Source of the DNA: a virus | IMG/VR virus record: IMGVR_UViG_3300030333_002703 | Coordinates: 32,001 to 96,000 of that record | Strand: one strand, 5' to 3' | Length of the DNA stretch: 64,000 nt | In this document: positions 47,329 to 56,952 of the stretch, in pieces | Numbering within the stretch: position 1 is the first letter of the stretch | How the letters are laid out: each line of letters begins with the position of its first letter | Notes under the pieces: generated by a model | Database searches by the model: none | What the model saw: the letters and a program-made list of their open reading frames with translations, nothing else | What the model was told of the DNA's origin: nothing | Position numbers and translations under genes: made by a program

Positions 47329-49602
47329 TCACCATAATTTCTTTGGTCTGTGCTTATCCACCGCCATGCCGAGGTCCCAGTCAAGAACATCGAACACCAA
47401 TTTTAATTTCTTACGCACTAACTTGTCTATAATTCCTTCGGTATCGAATGTGAATCCATCTAATTCTGATATGGACCTGCACCCGACAACCTTTGTGGCT
47501 GGCATCCCATGTGGCACATCGCTAACGTAGCACCACAATACACTGTCACCCTCTATGAATGGTTCATCGGGTTCCATGTACCAGTTGTAGTATCGTGCAG
47601 CCCTCGCATACCCACCGGCAGTGGTTGGGTAGTGTCGCTTCGGGCTATGTGATGAGGTCTCGGTGGCCTCAATCTGTTTGGATAGTCGCGTACTGTATGA
47701 CAGTTCATCCAATGGAATCTCATTCTTGCGTATCTGATTCACCCATGAGCGCACAAACTGTGTGACATCTACTTCGGATGCACCATCGGCAACCAACATC
47801 AACACACCCTTCTGCAATTCACGAATGGCTTTGGGTGTGCTACTATGCTTCATCTCAAATCCTGATACCTTCAACTTACCCGCATCAGATTCAGGCCACT
47901 GTATGATTCCAGCGTATCTGTTCTTGACATCCCCACAGAACCAGTGTGGCATCCATGCTTCTGCTTCAGCAAACAGTTTGTAATTTCCAGTTTCGTGTTG
48001 GATAATGTCAGTCACAATCTGTGACACTTGTTCCATCTCATCCAATGGACATCGGATAAACACCGAGTCGGTGTGTCCGAATAGAACTTCATACCCCATC
48101 TCGTATGCGTGGTCACGTAGTGACCCAATAGCACGACGACCCTCGGATAAGATGGTGTCTGCAATGGCTAGGTCTGCCATGCCATGCCCCAATGATTCAG
48201 CGCACAGTCCATACAGCGAAGCCATCACACGCTTGACCGCCTTCTCCAGAATCCTGTCACCACTGTCTTTCAATTTCTGTCGTTCCTCAAACAGATACTC
48301 AATGACGGATGGGAGGATGCCTTGTTCTTCTTGTTCCCAATGTGTTCCATTCAACATGGTACGTGTAGTCTCACTGGGTTCATCCCTACGTGTAGTCCAA
48401 CACAGATTGTTGCCCAACATGATTGATGGGTACAACCCCTTGAAATCTAACACGGCTACACCATCATGCAAACCGGCTACCGGGTCCATGACATCAGCAC
48501 CTTGTAGTTGTCCTTTCTCACGGCGTCGTGACCTGTCACGTGTGGGGAACTTGAGGTCTGTTCGACGGCACACTAGACCACGTGCGAAGTTGCCCACTTC
48601 AAACGTGGAAGTCAATGACACACCACAGAACCGAACCATGTTGGTGAAGAACTCGGTACAATTGAGGAACATATCAATGTCATACATCAATCTAACGTCT
48701 TGCATACAGTAGTCAGTGAGCCGATAGAAATTATCATACCAATCATTCGACAAGTCCACATCATCTTTACCACCCAATTCTAGGTGCTTACCGATGGCAT
48801 CTAACTTGCGGGATGGGAACTGGCCGTTGCCACTATCCTTCCACACCCGTTCAAATCCTGAACCGTCACTGGCCTTACACGCTGTGTCGAATACCCACCG
48901 CCCCTTGATGGGTTGGTCGTTGTATCTGTATCCGTCGTGACCATCCTTGACCTTGCGAACCTGACCCAATGGTGACAGTCGCTTGTAGTTCTTGAATCGT
49001 CTAACCATGTGCGGTATGTCAGCCCACATTGCTGCGTGGGCTATGAGCATATCAAAATCCATATCCTCAATGTATTGGATGACGGCTTCATGCACCGCCT
49101 CCTCACTGGTATAGATGTGTAGTGTGTATCCATCACGTTGTTCAACTTCGTATTGGTTCTGACCTTCACGCCATGCGAAGCAGACCTGTTCTTGTGTGAA
49201 GTTATCAATCGCTGCCCAGCATTGTGTGAAGTCGTTGTTGTCATCAGGGTTCCACTCGATGTCAAAGTAACACTTACGTGGAGTCCACGCTGGCATGGTA
49301 GGGTGATTGTCAATCAACCATCGGTCTGTGAAAGGCACGTCAGCCTCCCACGTCTTTGGATACTTGGCTCGCTCATCATACAATTCGTTGGGTGTGGTAA
49401 GTTCATGCTTTGTTAATGGGAAACGGTCTACTGCATACGCATGAACATGAGGATGCTTAACATCACATTCGCTATAGAAATAATGCCTAAACGTATGGTC
49501 AGTACCTTCAATCAACTCCCCATTGGGGTTGCGGTATCGCCAATAGATGGCTTCGCCTCTCTCCCCTCGCGGGTAGTATGAATCAACAAGCATGAGTATC
49601 AC
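47329..49602 (-). CDS. polB: Family B DNA polymerase
   Basis: Exo FDIE, YCMQD; pol motifs LDFKGLYPS, KRVMASLYG, FGHTDS, KNRYAG. Confidence 0.95.
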   Translation of the reverse strand: MILMLVDSYYPRGERGEAIYWRYRNPNGELIEGTDHTFRHYFYSECDVKHPHVHAYAVDRFPLTKHELTTPNELYDERAKYPKTWEADVPFTDRWLIDNHPTMPAWTPRKCYFDIEWNPDDNNDFTQCWAAIDNFTQEQVCFAWREGQNQYEVEQRDGYTLHIYTSEEAVHEAVIQYIEDMDFDMLIAHAAMWADIPHMVRRFKNYKRLSPLGQVRKVKDGHDGYRYNDQPIKGRWVFDTACKASDGSGFERVWKDSGNGQFPSRKLDAIGKHLELGGKDDVDLSNDWYDNFYRLTDYCMQDVRLMYDIDMFLNCTEFFTNMVRFCGVSLTSTFEVGNFARGLVCRRTDLKFPTRDRSRRREKGQLQGADVMDPVAGLHDGVAVLDFKGLYPSIMLGNNLCWTTRRDEPSETTRTMLNGTHWEQEEQGILPSVIEYLFEERQKLKDSGDRILEKAVKRVMASLYGLCAESLGHGMADLAIADTILSEGRRAIGSLRDHAYEMGYEVLFGHTDSVFIRCPLDEMEQVSQIVTDIIQHETGNYKLFAEAEAWMPHWFCGDVKNRYAGIIQWPESDAGKLKVSGFEMKHSSTPKAIRELQKGVLMLVADGASEVDVTQFVRSWVNQIRKNEIPLDELSYSTRLSKQIEATETSSHSPKRHYPTTAGGYARAARYYNWYMEPDEPFIEGDSVLWCYVSDVPHGMPATKVVGCRSISELDGFTFDTEGIIDKLVRKKLKLVFDVLDWDLGMAVDKHRPKKLW

Positions 49603-50375
49603 TCATCATCATTGTCTTGATTCACGACAACGAGAAGGCATTGCTTTTCCTTGTGGTTGAATACCAACACCGAATCATCACCGTAGTAGATTTCAGCCGT
49701 GCCTGCTGGCAAGCACGATAGAACTTCAGGGAACCAAGGTCCGAACTGGGACTTTGTTACATCGTCACACGCAACATCTTGCACGTGGAACTTGTGGAAC
49801 ATCTGACCACTGACTGTTGTACCAGTATGAATCACACCTTCCTTTGTATCAGGAACCACTGTGAATTGATACGGTTTGTCATTACCAACCACACTACCCA
49901 GTGCGGCGACCTGTGATAGGTCCTTGAGATTGACAACACCATACCCACCAAGTGGGGCATCACCAAATGATTCCCAGTTGGATGCACCGGCATCGTTCAC
50001 CAGTTTAGATGCCAATGCCAGTGACTGTGCTGAACGCACGGTGGATGTCGCTGGTAATGAAATCGTACTGTTACCTGAAGTCAGTCGTAGTGGGCCGGTT
50101 CGTTTCTCGCTGATGTCCTGTTCCAACGTCACGCTATCATCCGTGCAAGCACGGAGGAACTTCAAGACCTTGGACAGGTCTGCGATAACAATACCGCCAC
50201 CCGTTGATGTGGTGTTGGTATCCACGGACAGACTCTTCGTGATGAAGTGGGTGGCTAATGCCACACCACCCACCAACGATGAGTCCTTCACGTCTAACCG
50301 TAGGTCCTCAACGCCCGGTCCAAAACTGGACAGGAACGCTGACAAATCTGCTCGCTTCAATGTTACTTGTGTCAT
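49599..50375 (-). CDS. Probable divergent sliding clamp (PCNA-like)
   Basis: 258 aa, two-domain alpha/beta pattern (IADLSKVLKFLRACTDDSVTL); adjacent to PolB, with RFC nearby; mainly size and synteny. Confidence 0.55.
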   Translation of the reverse strand: MTQVTLKRADLSAFLSSFGPGVEDLRLDVKDSSLVGGVALATHFITKSLSVDTNTTSTGGGIVIADLSKVLKFLRACTDDSVTLEQDISEKRTGPLRLTSGNSTISLPATSTVRSAQSLALASKLVNDAGASNWESFGDAPLGGYGVVNLKDLSQVAALGSVVGNDKPYQFTVVPDTKEGVIHTGTTVSGQMFHKFHVQDVACDDVTKSQFGPWFPEVLSCLPAGTAEIYYGDDSVLVFNHKEKQCLLVVVNQDNDDE

Positions 50376-50710
50376 GCTTTCAACTCCTTGTATGCTTCTC
50401 TCCATTTACGTTCATGCCGTCGCATCTGACTCAACTTGTAACGGTTAATTTCTGCTTGTCGTGAAGCCCAACCTTTGTCCCAATGTGGTCCTGCTCTTGG
50501 GGTATTGGGAATAAGTTCGGCAATCATCTGTTTGAGTTTGCCCATCGTTCCATATTTATTCAGCATTAGATTGTGCATGAACTGTGGGTATGGTGTACAC
50601 GTAATGCAATCCTTTGCACCACAGTTGTGTTCCAAATTAGCATCTAGTATGGATGCCCACTTACCTTCCTTCACACCGAGTTGTTTGATGTCTATACAAT
50701 CCAATGTCAT
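50372..50710 (-). CDS. Hypothetical protein
   Basis: ATGA overlaps; HNCGAKDCITC cluster. Confidence 0.6.
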   Translation of the reverse strand: MTLDCIDIKQLGVKEGKWASILDANLEHNCGAKDCITCTPYPQFMHNLMLNKYGTMGKLKQMIAELIPNTPRAGPHWDKGWASRQAEINRYKLSQMRRHERKWREAYKELKA

Positions 50711-51687
50711 AGTGTCCCATCCCGTAGTTCGCTTAGGCCATACCATTCTGGGTCGCCGTCTTGTCTGGTGATAGCAATAACACGCTTCTTGTTCTGCAAT
50801 TTGATGTTGGTTTTCTGTTTCCAGAACTCAACGGTGAACTCCGTCTTGCCTGTTTTCTTTCCATCATCATCTAGAACATTCTCACGGCGACACCATAGAA
50901 TTTGATTCAGGTTGCCGTCAGTATTCTTCTCCCAGTCTGGTTTCCATGAACCCGTCTGTTCGTTGCGGAACACCTCGGCCTTGAGATGTGTCTCCCAATA
51001 GACCTCGACACCACGACTCATGAGTTCACGACAGATGGCAGTCAGTTGGTGGAACCGTGTGGAACGGATGCTCCAGTTCCATTGGTTGCCAACCAATCGG
51101 TTGGGGTCGGATGCTTCGATACCATCCTTTGCTTTGCCCAACTCAATGACTTTCATGTTCACGATGCACACGTTATCCCACTGGTCAACTGCTGTCACAA
51201 GGAACTTCGCTAGGCGTGGTCCCTCATATCCTTCAGCGTTCTGTTTGATGGCTTCGTTAACTGCCCACCGACCAATCTCCATCACTCTAGCATGAGTTGC
51301 GGGGTAGTCATATGTGGTACGGTCTTCGGTTGCCATTACCCAAGGGGATAGAACACGAATGTTCTTAGATTTGTCACGATGGTATGCCGACTTACAAGCC
51401 GACGCACCACCATCGAAATCAACGGCAAGGATGTAGTCACCATTGTCTATCTGCTCTTGGGTCAGACTGTCCATTACAATACCAGACTTGCCTGTCCCCT
51501 CAAAACCAACGACACCACAGAATACGTGGGAACCATGCGGGGTATCCCCAGCGGCTTCCACTTCGCCACCGATGCCACCAGAGGTGGTGGGTGTTGCCAC
51601 TACCACCTCCGGTGTAACTTCGATAGGTTTCTCGTCTGCGTCATCAACTTTGTTCTCTTCTTGTTTCACTGCGTTAAATCCGCTCAT
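50707..51687 (-). CDS. RecA-fold ATPase (Sak4/AAA_24-like recombinase)
   Basis: GFEGTGKS, AVDFDGG, W..R..RF, VYWETH. Confidence 0.75.
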   Translation of the reverse strand: MSGFNAVKQEENKVDDADEKPIEVTPEVVVATPTTSGGIGGEVEAAGDTPHGSHVFCGVVGFEGTGKSGIVMDSLTQEQIDNGDYILAVDFDGGASACKSAYHRDKSKNIRVLSPWVMATEDRTTYDYPATHARVMEIGRWAVNEAIKQNAEGYEGPRLAKFLVTAVDQWDNVCIVNMKVIELGKAKDGIEASDPNRLVGNQWNWSIRSTRFHQLTAICRELMSRGVEVYWETHLKAEVFRNEQTGSWKPDWEKNTDGNLNQILWCRRENVLDDDGKKTGKTEFTVEFWKQKTNIKLQNKKRVIAITRQDGDPEWYGLSELRDGTL

Positions 51688-51698
51688 TATTTTTCACC

Positions 51699-52988
51699 TC
51701 AATCAAATTGTTCTGCGTTGGTGTCGCCACCTTCAGCCGCAGGTACTACGAACCGAGGGACAGCGAACACACCAAACGCATTGACTTGTGGTACTTCACC
51801 ACTGTCTGTAGCACGAACACCAAGACGACCAAACACCAGCACAGTTGAGCGCTCGGCGTAAGCCTTCCAGTTCCCACCATCATTGTATTCAAATGCATGG
51901 CCTTTCTCTTTCAAGTTGCCAGAGATACGCACGGATACTTCAGAACGTAGCCCACTGGGGTGTTCCTTCTGCAAGTCCCATGATGTTAGACGAAGGTTGT
52001 ACACCTTGCCGGTTTCATCGTAGTCGTTGTCCCATCCTTCCTTGAAGAGAGATGTGACCTTACCCTTAATGAGAACCAACGGGCCGACCGGATTGATACC
52101 CGGTACTTCCTTCATGTTTCGCTGGTAGTATTCAAGCAAGTCCGGTAGTGGAACGTGGTGCTTGTGGATGGCTGGATTGACACCAAACTTTTCCGGCGCA
52201 AGTTGCGCTCGCACATCAGTGTCTACAAAGTCATCTGTGTACACAATCTCGTTGGCCCAGTTGCGTGGGACTCGGAGAATGTCAGCGAAGTCTGGGTTCA
52301 CATCTTCTCGGGTGTTCGGAATCACCTTGACTCGGCACGGCTTCCACATAGTGGGTGTCGCATCAATGTCTGATGAATCGAATCGCCATAGTGTAACTTC
52401 ATCACCGAAGTCTCCCTCGCTGTTACCGAGGAAGTAGTAGTAACGACTCTTCAATACGGGTCGAATCGGGTCGCCCTTTGAATCGTAGTTGCCGGTCTGA
52501 AGAATAGCAATGGGGCCGTTGCCGGTTTCCCATAGGAACCAAGGGTCCTCATCTTCAGGTTCTTCCGTGTCGTGTAGTCCATCTGCCTTGCGTAGATGCC
52601 ATGTGCCATCTTGCTTTACACACTCGGCAACCAGTCCGGCTTCGACAGCCTTCCCCGGTTCCTCAAGGTATGCAGCAACGGCTTGGTCGCGTAGATTCTT
52701 GCGCTTGTCACGCCACTTACCATCTACACCGACCAACATACCGACATAGTTCACCGTCTCAAACGATGAACCTCCGCTGCGGCGTTGGACTACGAATCCT
52801 TCGCTGGCTTCAAGGAGGAAATCTTCATCCTCATCCTGCCAATTTTCAACAGCGAACTTGTCCGACAAAAACTGTACGAACTTCTGCTTTGCGTCATCAA
52901 GGGTGATGCCATTTGCATCAGCATATCCTTGTAGGCGTTCAACCACGCCTTCGGGCCATTCTTTTGTGTCCTTCTTTGGAAATTCCAT
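51699..52988 (-). CDS. Putative RPA-like ssDNA-binding protein
   Basis: OB-like C-terminus (LIKGKVT...STVLVFGRL...VNAFGVFA), acidic end; between RFC and recombinase. Confidence 0.5.
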   Translation of the reverse strand: MEFPKKDTKEWPEGVVERLQGYADANGITLDDAKQKFVQFLSDKFAVENWQDEDEDFLLEASEGFVVQRRSGGSSFETVNYVGMLVGVDGKWRDKRKNLRDQAVAAYLEEPGKAVEAGLVAECVKQDGTWHLRKADGLHDTEEPEDEDPWFLWETGNGPIAILQTGNYDSKGDPIRPVLKSRYYYFLGNSEGDFGDEVTLWRFDSSDIDATPTMWKPCRVKVIPNTREDVNPDFADILRVPRNWANEIVYTDDFVDTDVRAQLAPEKFGVNPAIHKHHVPLPDLLEYYQRNMKEVPGINPVGPLVLIKGKVTSLFKEGWDNDYDETGKVYNLRLTSWDLQKEHPSGLRSEVSVRISGNLKEKGHAFEYNDGGNWKAYAERSTVLVFGRLGVRATDSGEVPQVNAFGVFAVPRFVVPAAEGGDTNAEQFD

Positions 52989-52990
52989 AT

Positions 52991-53944
52991 CTAGTTCACT
53001 CCTTTATTTTTTGTATCCTTTAGTTTCGCTACGAAGTAGTCGTAGTATGCATCATCCCCTGCGGGCCATGTATGCACACGTTCTACGAACTCCCCCCACG
53101 TTACCAAAAAGGAATAGTATTGGTCAGGCGTCAAGCCCAACGAATATACATTGTCTCTCAATTGCTTCATCACATACAATCTTGGGAGACCTTTGGCTGC
53201 GACCTTTCGCAACTCGGTAGATAGTGATTGCCATTCACCCGCCGCAATTGATAGTGCGGGGTCAGCAAAGTCAGCCTGTTCAATCAACAGACGTTCTTCC
53301 AATGCTTCATCATTTTGAGGCAACGATTGTAAGATGTCTATTGCACTACGCAAGTCACCATTACAGGTCTGATTTAGATGTTTGAAATGTTCATTCCAAG
53401 ATTGTGGTAATGATTCTTGGTCAGATATGTAACAGAATAATTCATCTGCTGCATCGTCAGTTGCACGACTAAATCTATATGTCATACAACGTGACTTGAG
53501 TGCATCGGTAATGGCTGACTCATCATTGGCTGTTAGAATGAACAGCGTTTGGTCAGTGCATTGCTCCATCGTATTTCTCATTGCTTCCTGCGCTTGCTTG
53601 GTCAGACCATCGGCCTCATCAAACAAGATTACTTTACGTGCTGTACCCATGCCGCCCTGTTGTGCAATCATCTTGACCTGATTCCTAACGAAATCTATTC
53701 CTCGGTCATCAGATGCATTGAATGTTACGTAATTGATGGGGTCGAACCATTCACCAAGCATATGTCGTGCCACTACACCGGCTGCTGTTGTCTTGCCAGT
53801 GCCGGGTGGCCCAACCAATAGTATGGCTGCTGGATATTCACCCCGTTCAATCCATTCCTCACAATCAGCACGAAAATCTGGGCAACCAACCATTTCATCA
53901 ATCGTGGTTGGCCGGTATCGTTCTCGCCATTGATTCGTCATCAT
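52991..53944 (-). CDS. rfcS: Replication factor C small subunit (clamp loader)
   Basis: WRERYRP, GPPGTGKT, NASDDRGID, DEADGLT..AQ, SRC, GDLR. Confidence 0.95.
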   Translation of the reverse strand: MMTNQWRERYRPTTIDEMVGCPDFRADCEEWIERGEYPAAILLVGPPGTGKTTAAGVVARHMLGEWFDPINYVTFNASDDRGIDFVRNQVKMIAQQGGMGTARKVILFDEADGLTKQAQEAMRNTMEQCTDQTLFILTANDESAITDALKSRCMTYRFSRATDDAADELFCYISDQESLPQSWNEHFKHLNQTCNGDLRSAIDILQSLPQNDEALEERLLIEQADFADPALSIAAGEWQSLSTELRKVAAKGLPRLYVMKQLRDNVYSLGLTPDQYYSFLVTWGEFVERVHTWPAGDDAYYDYFVAKLKDTKNKGVN

Positions 53945-54329
53945 CAATGGTGATTATTGAGGAGGATATAAACGACCCATCATCAATTGCGGTCACTAAA
54001 CGCAGCACGTCGTCGTGTTTCCACCGTCTGGGATACGATTTGAGGAGATGTTGCATTCGTTCCATTCCATCACGGTCATGTACCAATTCACGTATGGGCC
54101 ATAACAAGTCTATGATTTGTTGTATGCCATCGTTGTTCTGTATGCGCCGTGTGGATATACCATGCCGCGATTCCATCCATTGCATAAACAGTGGTTCGTT
54201 GCGCCGTGTGATAGTGACACCTCGGTTCACTTGGTATCCAATGGGTGTCTTTGGTGCGAAGTACACATAGATATGGAAACGTGCTTCGCGGGCTAACCAA
54301 CCCAACATGATTGAATCTACGTTGTACAA
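53898..54329 (-). CDS. Hypothetical protein, possibly degenerate LAGLIDADG fold
   Basis: MLGWLAREARFHI...IGYQV...VTIT resembles LAGLIDADG helix plus beta hairpin; GGTGA before TTG. Confidence 0.45.
   Translation of the reverse strand: MYNVDSIMLGWLAREARFHIYVYFAPKTPIGYQVNRGVTITRRNEPLFMQWMESRHGISTRRIQNNDGIQQIIDLLWPIRELVHDRDGMERMQHLLKSYPRRWKHDDVLRLVTAIDDGSFISSSIITIDDDESMARTIPANHD
53942..53972 (-). promoter_or_regulatory. Conserved 31-bp viral promoter, copy B
   Basis: TTTATATCCTCCTCAATAATCACCATTGATG; terminal ATG is an in-frame RFC start (leaderless geometry). Confidence 0.8.
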
Positions 54330-54399
54330 ATAATATCACCATTCATCCATACCATTACACATACTGTATTGCTTAATATGATACTCAATACTATTGATA

Positions 54400-55776
54400 C
54401 TACCCCATAATTGATAGCACTTCACTCAACTGTGCTGTGTCATTGAAACCTAGCCTACTATCCAACCCAATAATTGTAGGGCTATCCAAATGATAGTTGC
54501 CGTCATGTATCTTGACACCCACTGCAGTAACCCATACGATTGCCCCTACATCATCCACAGATACCCATCTACTATCTAGTCGTGGTGCTAGTCGTGGTGC
54601 ATTTCGTATGTTCAATGCCACATCATCGGGACACATCATCTCTGCAATGTAGGTGGTAGTATGTCCATCCAGTGCTGCTAATTTGATACGAATGTTACTA
54701 CCACTCAATTGTAGATGTGTGATGAGTAGTGGTAACTTCAATGCCTGTTGTTGTAAGATGTATCCCCCAATGAAATCATCATCATAGTATGGGGCATCGG
54801 CTAGCAGTCGCACGGTTTGGTCAGGTCTTACAGACCTAAGAACCTCTCGTAATTTCGCCATTGTGTCAATTTGCCGCGCGGGTGAGGCCTTCATTACCTT
54901 ATAATGCTCGGCCAAGTAAGATTGACGCGAAGTGTATGTTTCTTTCCACAATGCTTCGCTTCCATGTACTAGGACATCTGTGATTAGTACGGTTGCGGGG
55001 TCATAGTCATCAGAACACTCGATTTCAAAGATAGATGGAGTATGGTCACTTTCCCAAGATTGGACTAATTCACCAGACCTAGTAAATATGAGAGCATCAC
55101 TACCTGTGTAGTGAAGGAATAACCGAGAACTACCTACTAGGTCAATATAGGTAGTTTCGTAAGGTAGCGCTACCTTGTTCCATCGAAGATATTTGGGAAC
55201 AGGTACAATTGGCTCTCCGGGCCGCATTTCGCGTTTTACCGGCAAATCGCCTCTAACCGCTCTTTCGATAACTTCCAAAAATGGCAAATATGCGCTAGAT
55301 TGGCGTAAAGTAGCAGTATCGTAAATTGTGAACTGTGCCAATGCACGTAGCATATGGCGTTTGCTGATTGGGGGTGATTCACCCAATGCAACCTGCCAGA
55401 ACAGCGTGGCCTCGTCGTATGATAGAGAATCTACGATGTCGCCTAATTCGCGCTGGTACAGCGCGTCTAGATTGTGAAAAGCGTCATCAACCGACCAGTC
55501 ACTATCATCGTTATCAGATAGCGATGCAATCAGTGGAACGATGGGTTGCCCATCAACAAGGGCAATCCATTCCTCTGCGTGTACTCCTAGATATGATGGG
55601 ACACGAGATATGAACCAAGTGCCATTGATTCGTGGTTCATCATCGAACCACAACATGGCGGCTTCCATCCAGTCTTCATTTGACTGAATGAAGTCCTTGA
55701 TGACATCGTATTTGATGTGCCATCTCTCGTCACTCCGTAGGAGTGTCGCTATTGCTGACGCCTTCCATAGTCGCAT
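54400..55776 (-). CDS. ATP-dependent DNA ligase-like protein, catalytic motifs degenerate
   Basis: MRPGEPIVP, RLFLH...IFTRSG, ITDVLVHG..L....Y..R...L, OB-like end (RLGFNDTAQLSEV); KxDGxR absent. Confidence 0.65.
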   Translation of the reverse strand: MRLWKASAIATLLRSDERWHIKYDVIKDFIQSNEDWMEAAMLWFDDEPRINGTWFISRVPSYLGVHAEEWIALVDGQPIVPLIASLSDNDDSDWSVDDAFHNLDALYQRELGDIVDSLSYDEATLFWQVALGESPPISKRHMLRALAQFTIYDTATLRQSSAYLPFLEVIERAVRGDLPVKREMRPGEPIVPVPKYLRWNKVALPYETTYIDLVGSSRLFLHYTGSDALIFTRSGELVQSWESDHTPSIFEIECSDDYDPATVLITDVLVHGSEALWKETYTSRQSYLAEHYKVMKASPARQIDTMAKLREVLRSVRPDQTVRLLADAPYYDDDFIGGYILQQQALKLPLLITHLQLSGSNIRIKLAALDGHTTTYIAEMMCPDDVALNIRNAPRLAPRLDSRWVSVDDVGAIVWVTAVGVKIHDGNYHLDSPTIIGLDSRLGFNDTAQLSEVLSIMG

Positions 55777-56176
55777 CCTGCGGTCCTCTAAATGGGAGGT
55801 CTGCAGGGTCGCATATCAATACTTCGCATATCATCTTGGTATAGGGGTAACACCACTGGTGTGGTTCAGGTCTGGTTTTTTGACCAAACAGTTTGTCACT
55901 CAAATCTGATGTGGCGCGTCGTGAGATAGGTGCGCCTAGTGCATTGGCTGTAATGTAGAAACATTCCACAGCCAACTTGTGCGGTGCGCGGTGTGTAGGG
56001 TTGGGTGGTTTGGAAATCTCATGGTGTAGTTCCATAGCCTTCTTGGCTATGAAATCTGCTCGCCCTTCGTCATCTACCATGTGGTGAACCATGTATCCAA
56101 CTAGGTCATTGTAGGTATCAAATTTACCATACAGTTTGCGCCAATCGTAATCATCGTAGTGGTTGTAGTCACTCAT
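55730..56176 (-). CDS. Single cyclin-repeat TFB-like protein
   Basis: IAKKAMEL...RAPHKLAVECFYITANALGAPISRRATSD aligns by eye with TFB repeat 2. Confidence 0.55.
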   Translation of the reverse strand: MSDYNHYDDYDWRKLYGKFDTYNDLVGYMVHHMVDDEGRADFIAKKAMELHHEISKPPNPTHRAPHKLAVECFYITANALGAPISRRATSDLSDKLFGQKTRPEPHQWCYPYTKMICEVLICDPADLPFRGPQDATMEGVSNSDTPTE

Positions 56177-56639
56177 TGTAATACCCCACTGGTAGCACTG
56201 CACATTCAGGGCATGGTCCTGTATATTGTTCAACAAGAACTTCCCCATCATCATCTAACATGAACCCATCAGCAATCCATCCTATGTTGTCACATAGGTC
56301 ACAATCAACATCTTTTCGTTCAATACCCTTTGGTAATCGTTCACCTGTTCGGAAGTTGGGATTGCCTGATTCATCGGTAAGGTCTGGATACCTATTTGGA
56401 TGAAAGTCAATTGGGTTGTTTGGGTGGTTATGGTATCGCATCCTATCTCGGACTGAATCTTCCTTTGGGAGATTTGGATACGACTGGGCGTGAGGATTGG
56501 GTATGGGTAGCCTACACTCATCACACGCGACTGTTTCAGGTGGATTGGGTGGCCCCACACATGGCTCATCAGGATGGTATAGACCATCCCACCAGAAGTG
56601 GTTCTGTCTTGCCCCACAATGAGGACATTCAATTATCAT
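56169..56639 (-). CDS. Multi-CxxC Zn-binding protein
   Basis: CPHC, CDEC, CDLCDNIG, CPEC; track start 56714. Confidence 0.65.
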   Translation of the reverse strand: MIIECPHCGARQNHFWWDGLYHPDEPCVGPPNPPETVACDECRLPIPNPHAQSYPNLPKEDSVRDRMRYHNHPNNPIDFHPNRYPDLTDESGNPNFRTGERLPKGIERKDVDCDLCDNIGWIADGFMLDDDGEVLVEQYTGPCPECAVLPVGYYNE

Positions 56640-56740
56640 AGATACACCCACACAAGAAACGCACAAGTTAAGCCCATAAGTGCTCCTGTGATAACACCTT
56701 TCATGTATTCCCACTGAATCTCATCTTCATCATATGTCAC
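56636..56740 (-). CDS. 34-aa membrane microprotein (not in ORF track)
   Basis: MTYDEDEIQWEYMKGVITGALMGLTCAFLVWVYL; GTGA/ATGA overlaps at both ends. Confidence 0.6.
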   Translation of the reverse strand: MTYDEDEIQWEYMKGVITGALMGLTCAFLVWVYL

Positions 56741-56952
56741 TCGTTCCACTCCTCTTCAATCTCATCAATCCATTTGAGAATGTGGTCACAATCAATGGCA
56801 TATTTACGACTATACAACTCATAGTAGTCACGTGCGACCTCACAACTCGTATCTTCACACAACATTTCAATGTCGTCTCTCTTGAACTCATCCATACCAG
56901 ATTGTGAAACCCAACACGCTAGTCGTGTCATATCTCTATAGTGTGACATCAC
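56737..56952 (-). CDS. Hypothetical protein
   Basis: Overlapped operon gene. Confidence 0.6.
   Translation of the reverse strand: MMSHYRDMTRLACWVSQSGMDEFKRDDIEMLCEDTSCEVARDYYELYSRKYAIDCDHILKWIDEIEEEWNE

Noticed and set aside
47329-53944. Inteins in PolB or RFC
   Set aside because: Lengths are normal and no C...HN/C,S,T splice motifs interrupt the conserved blocks
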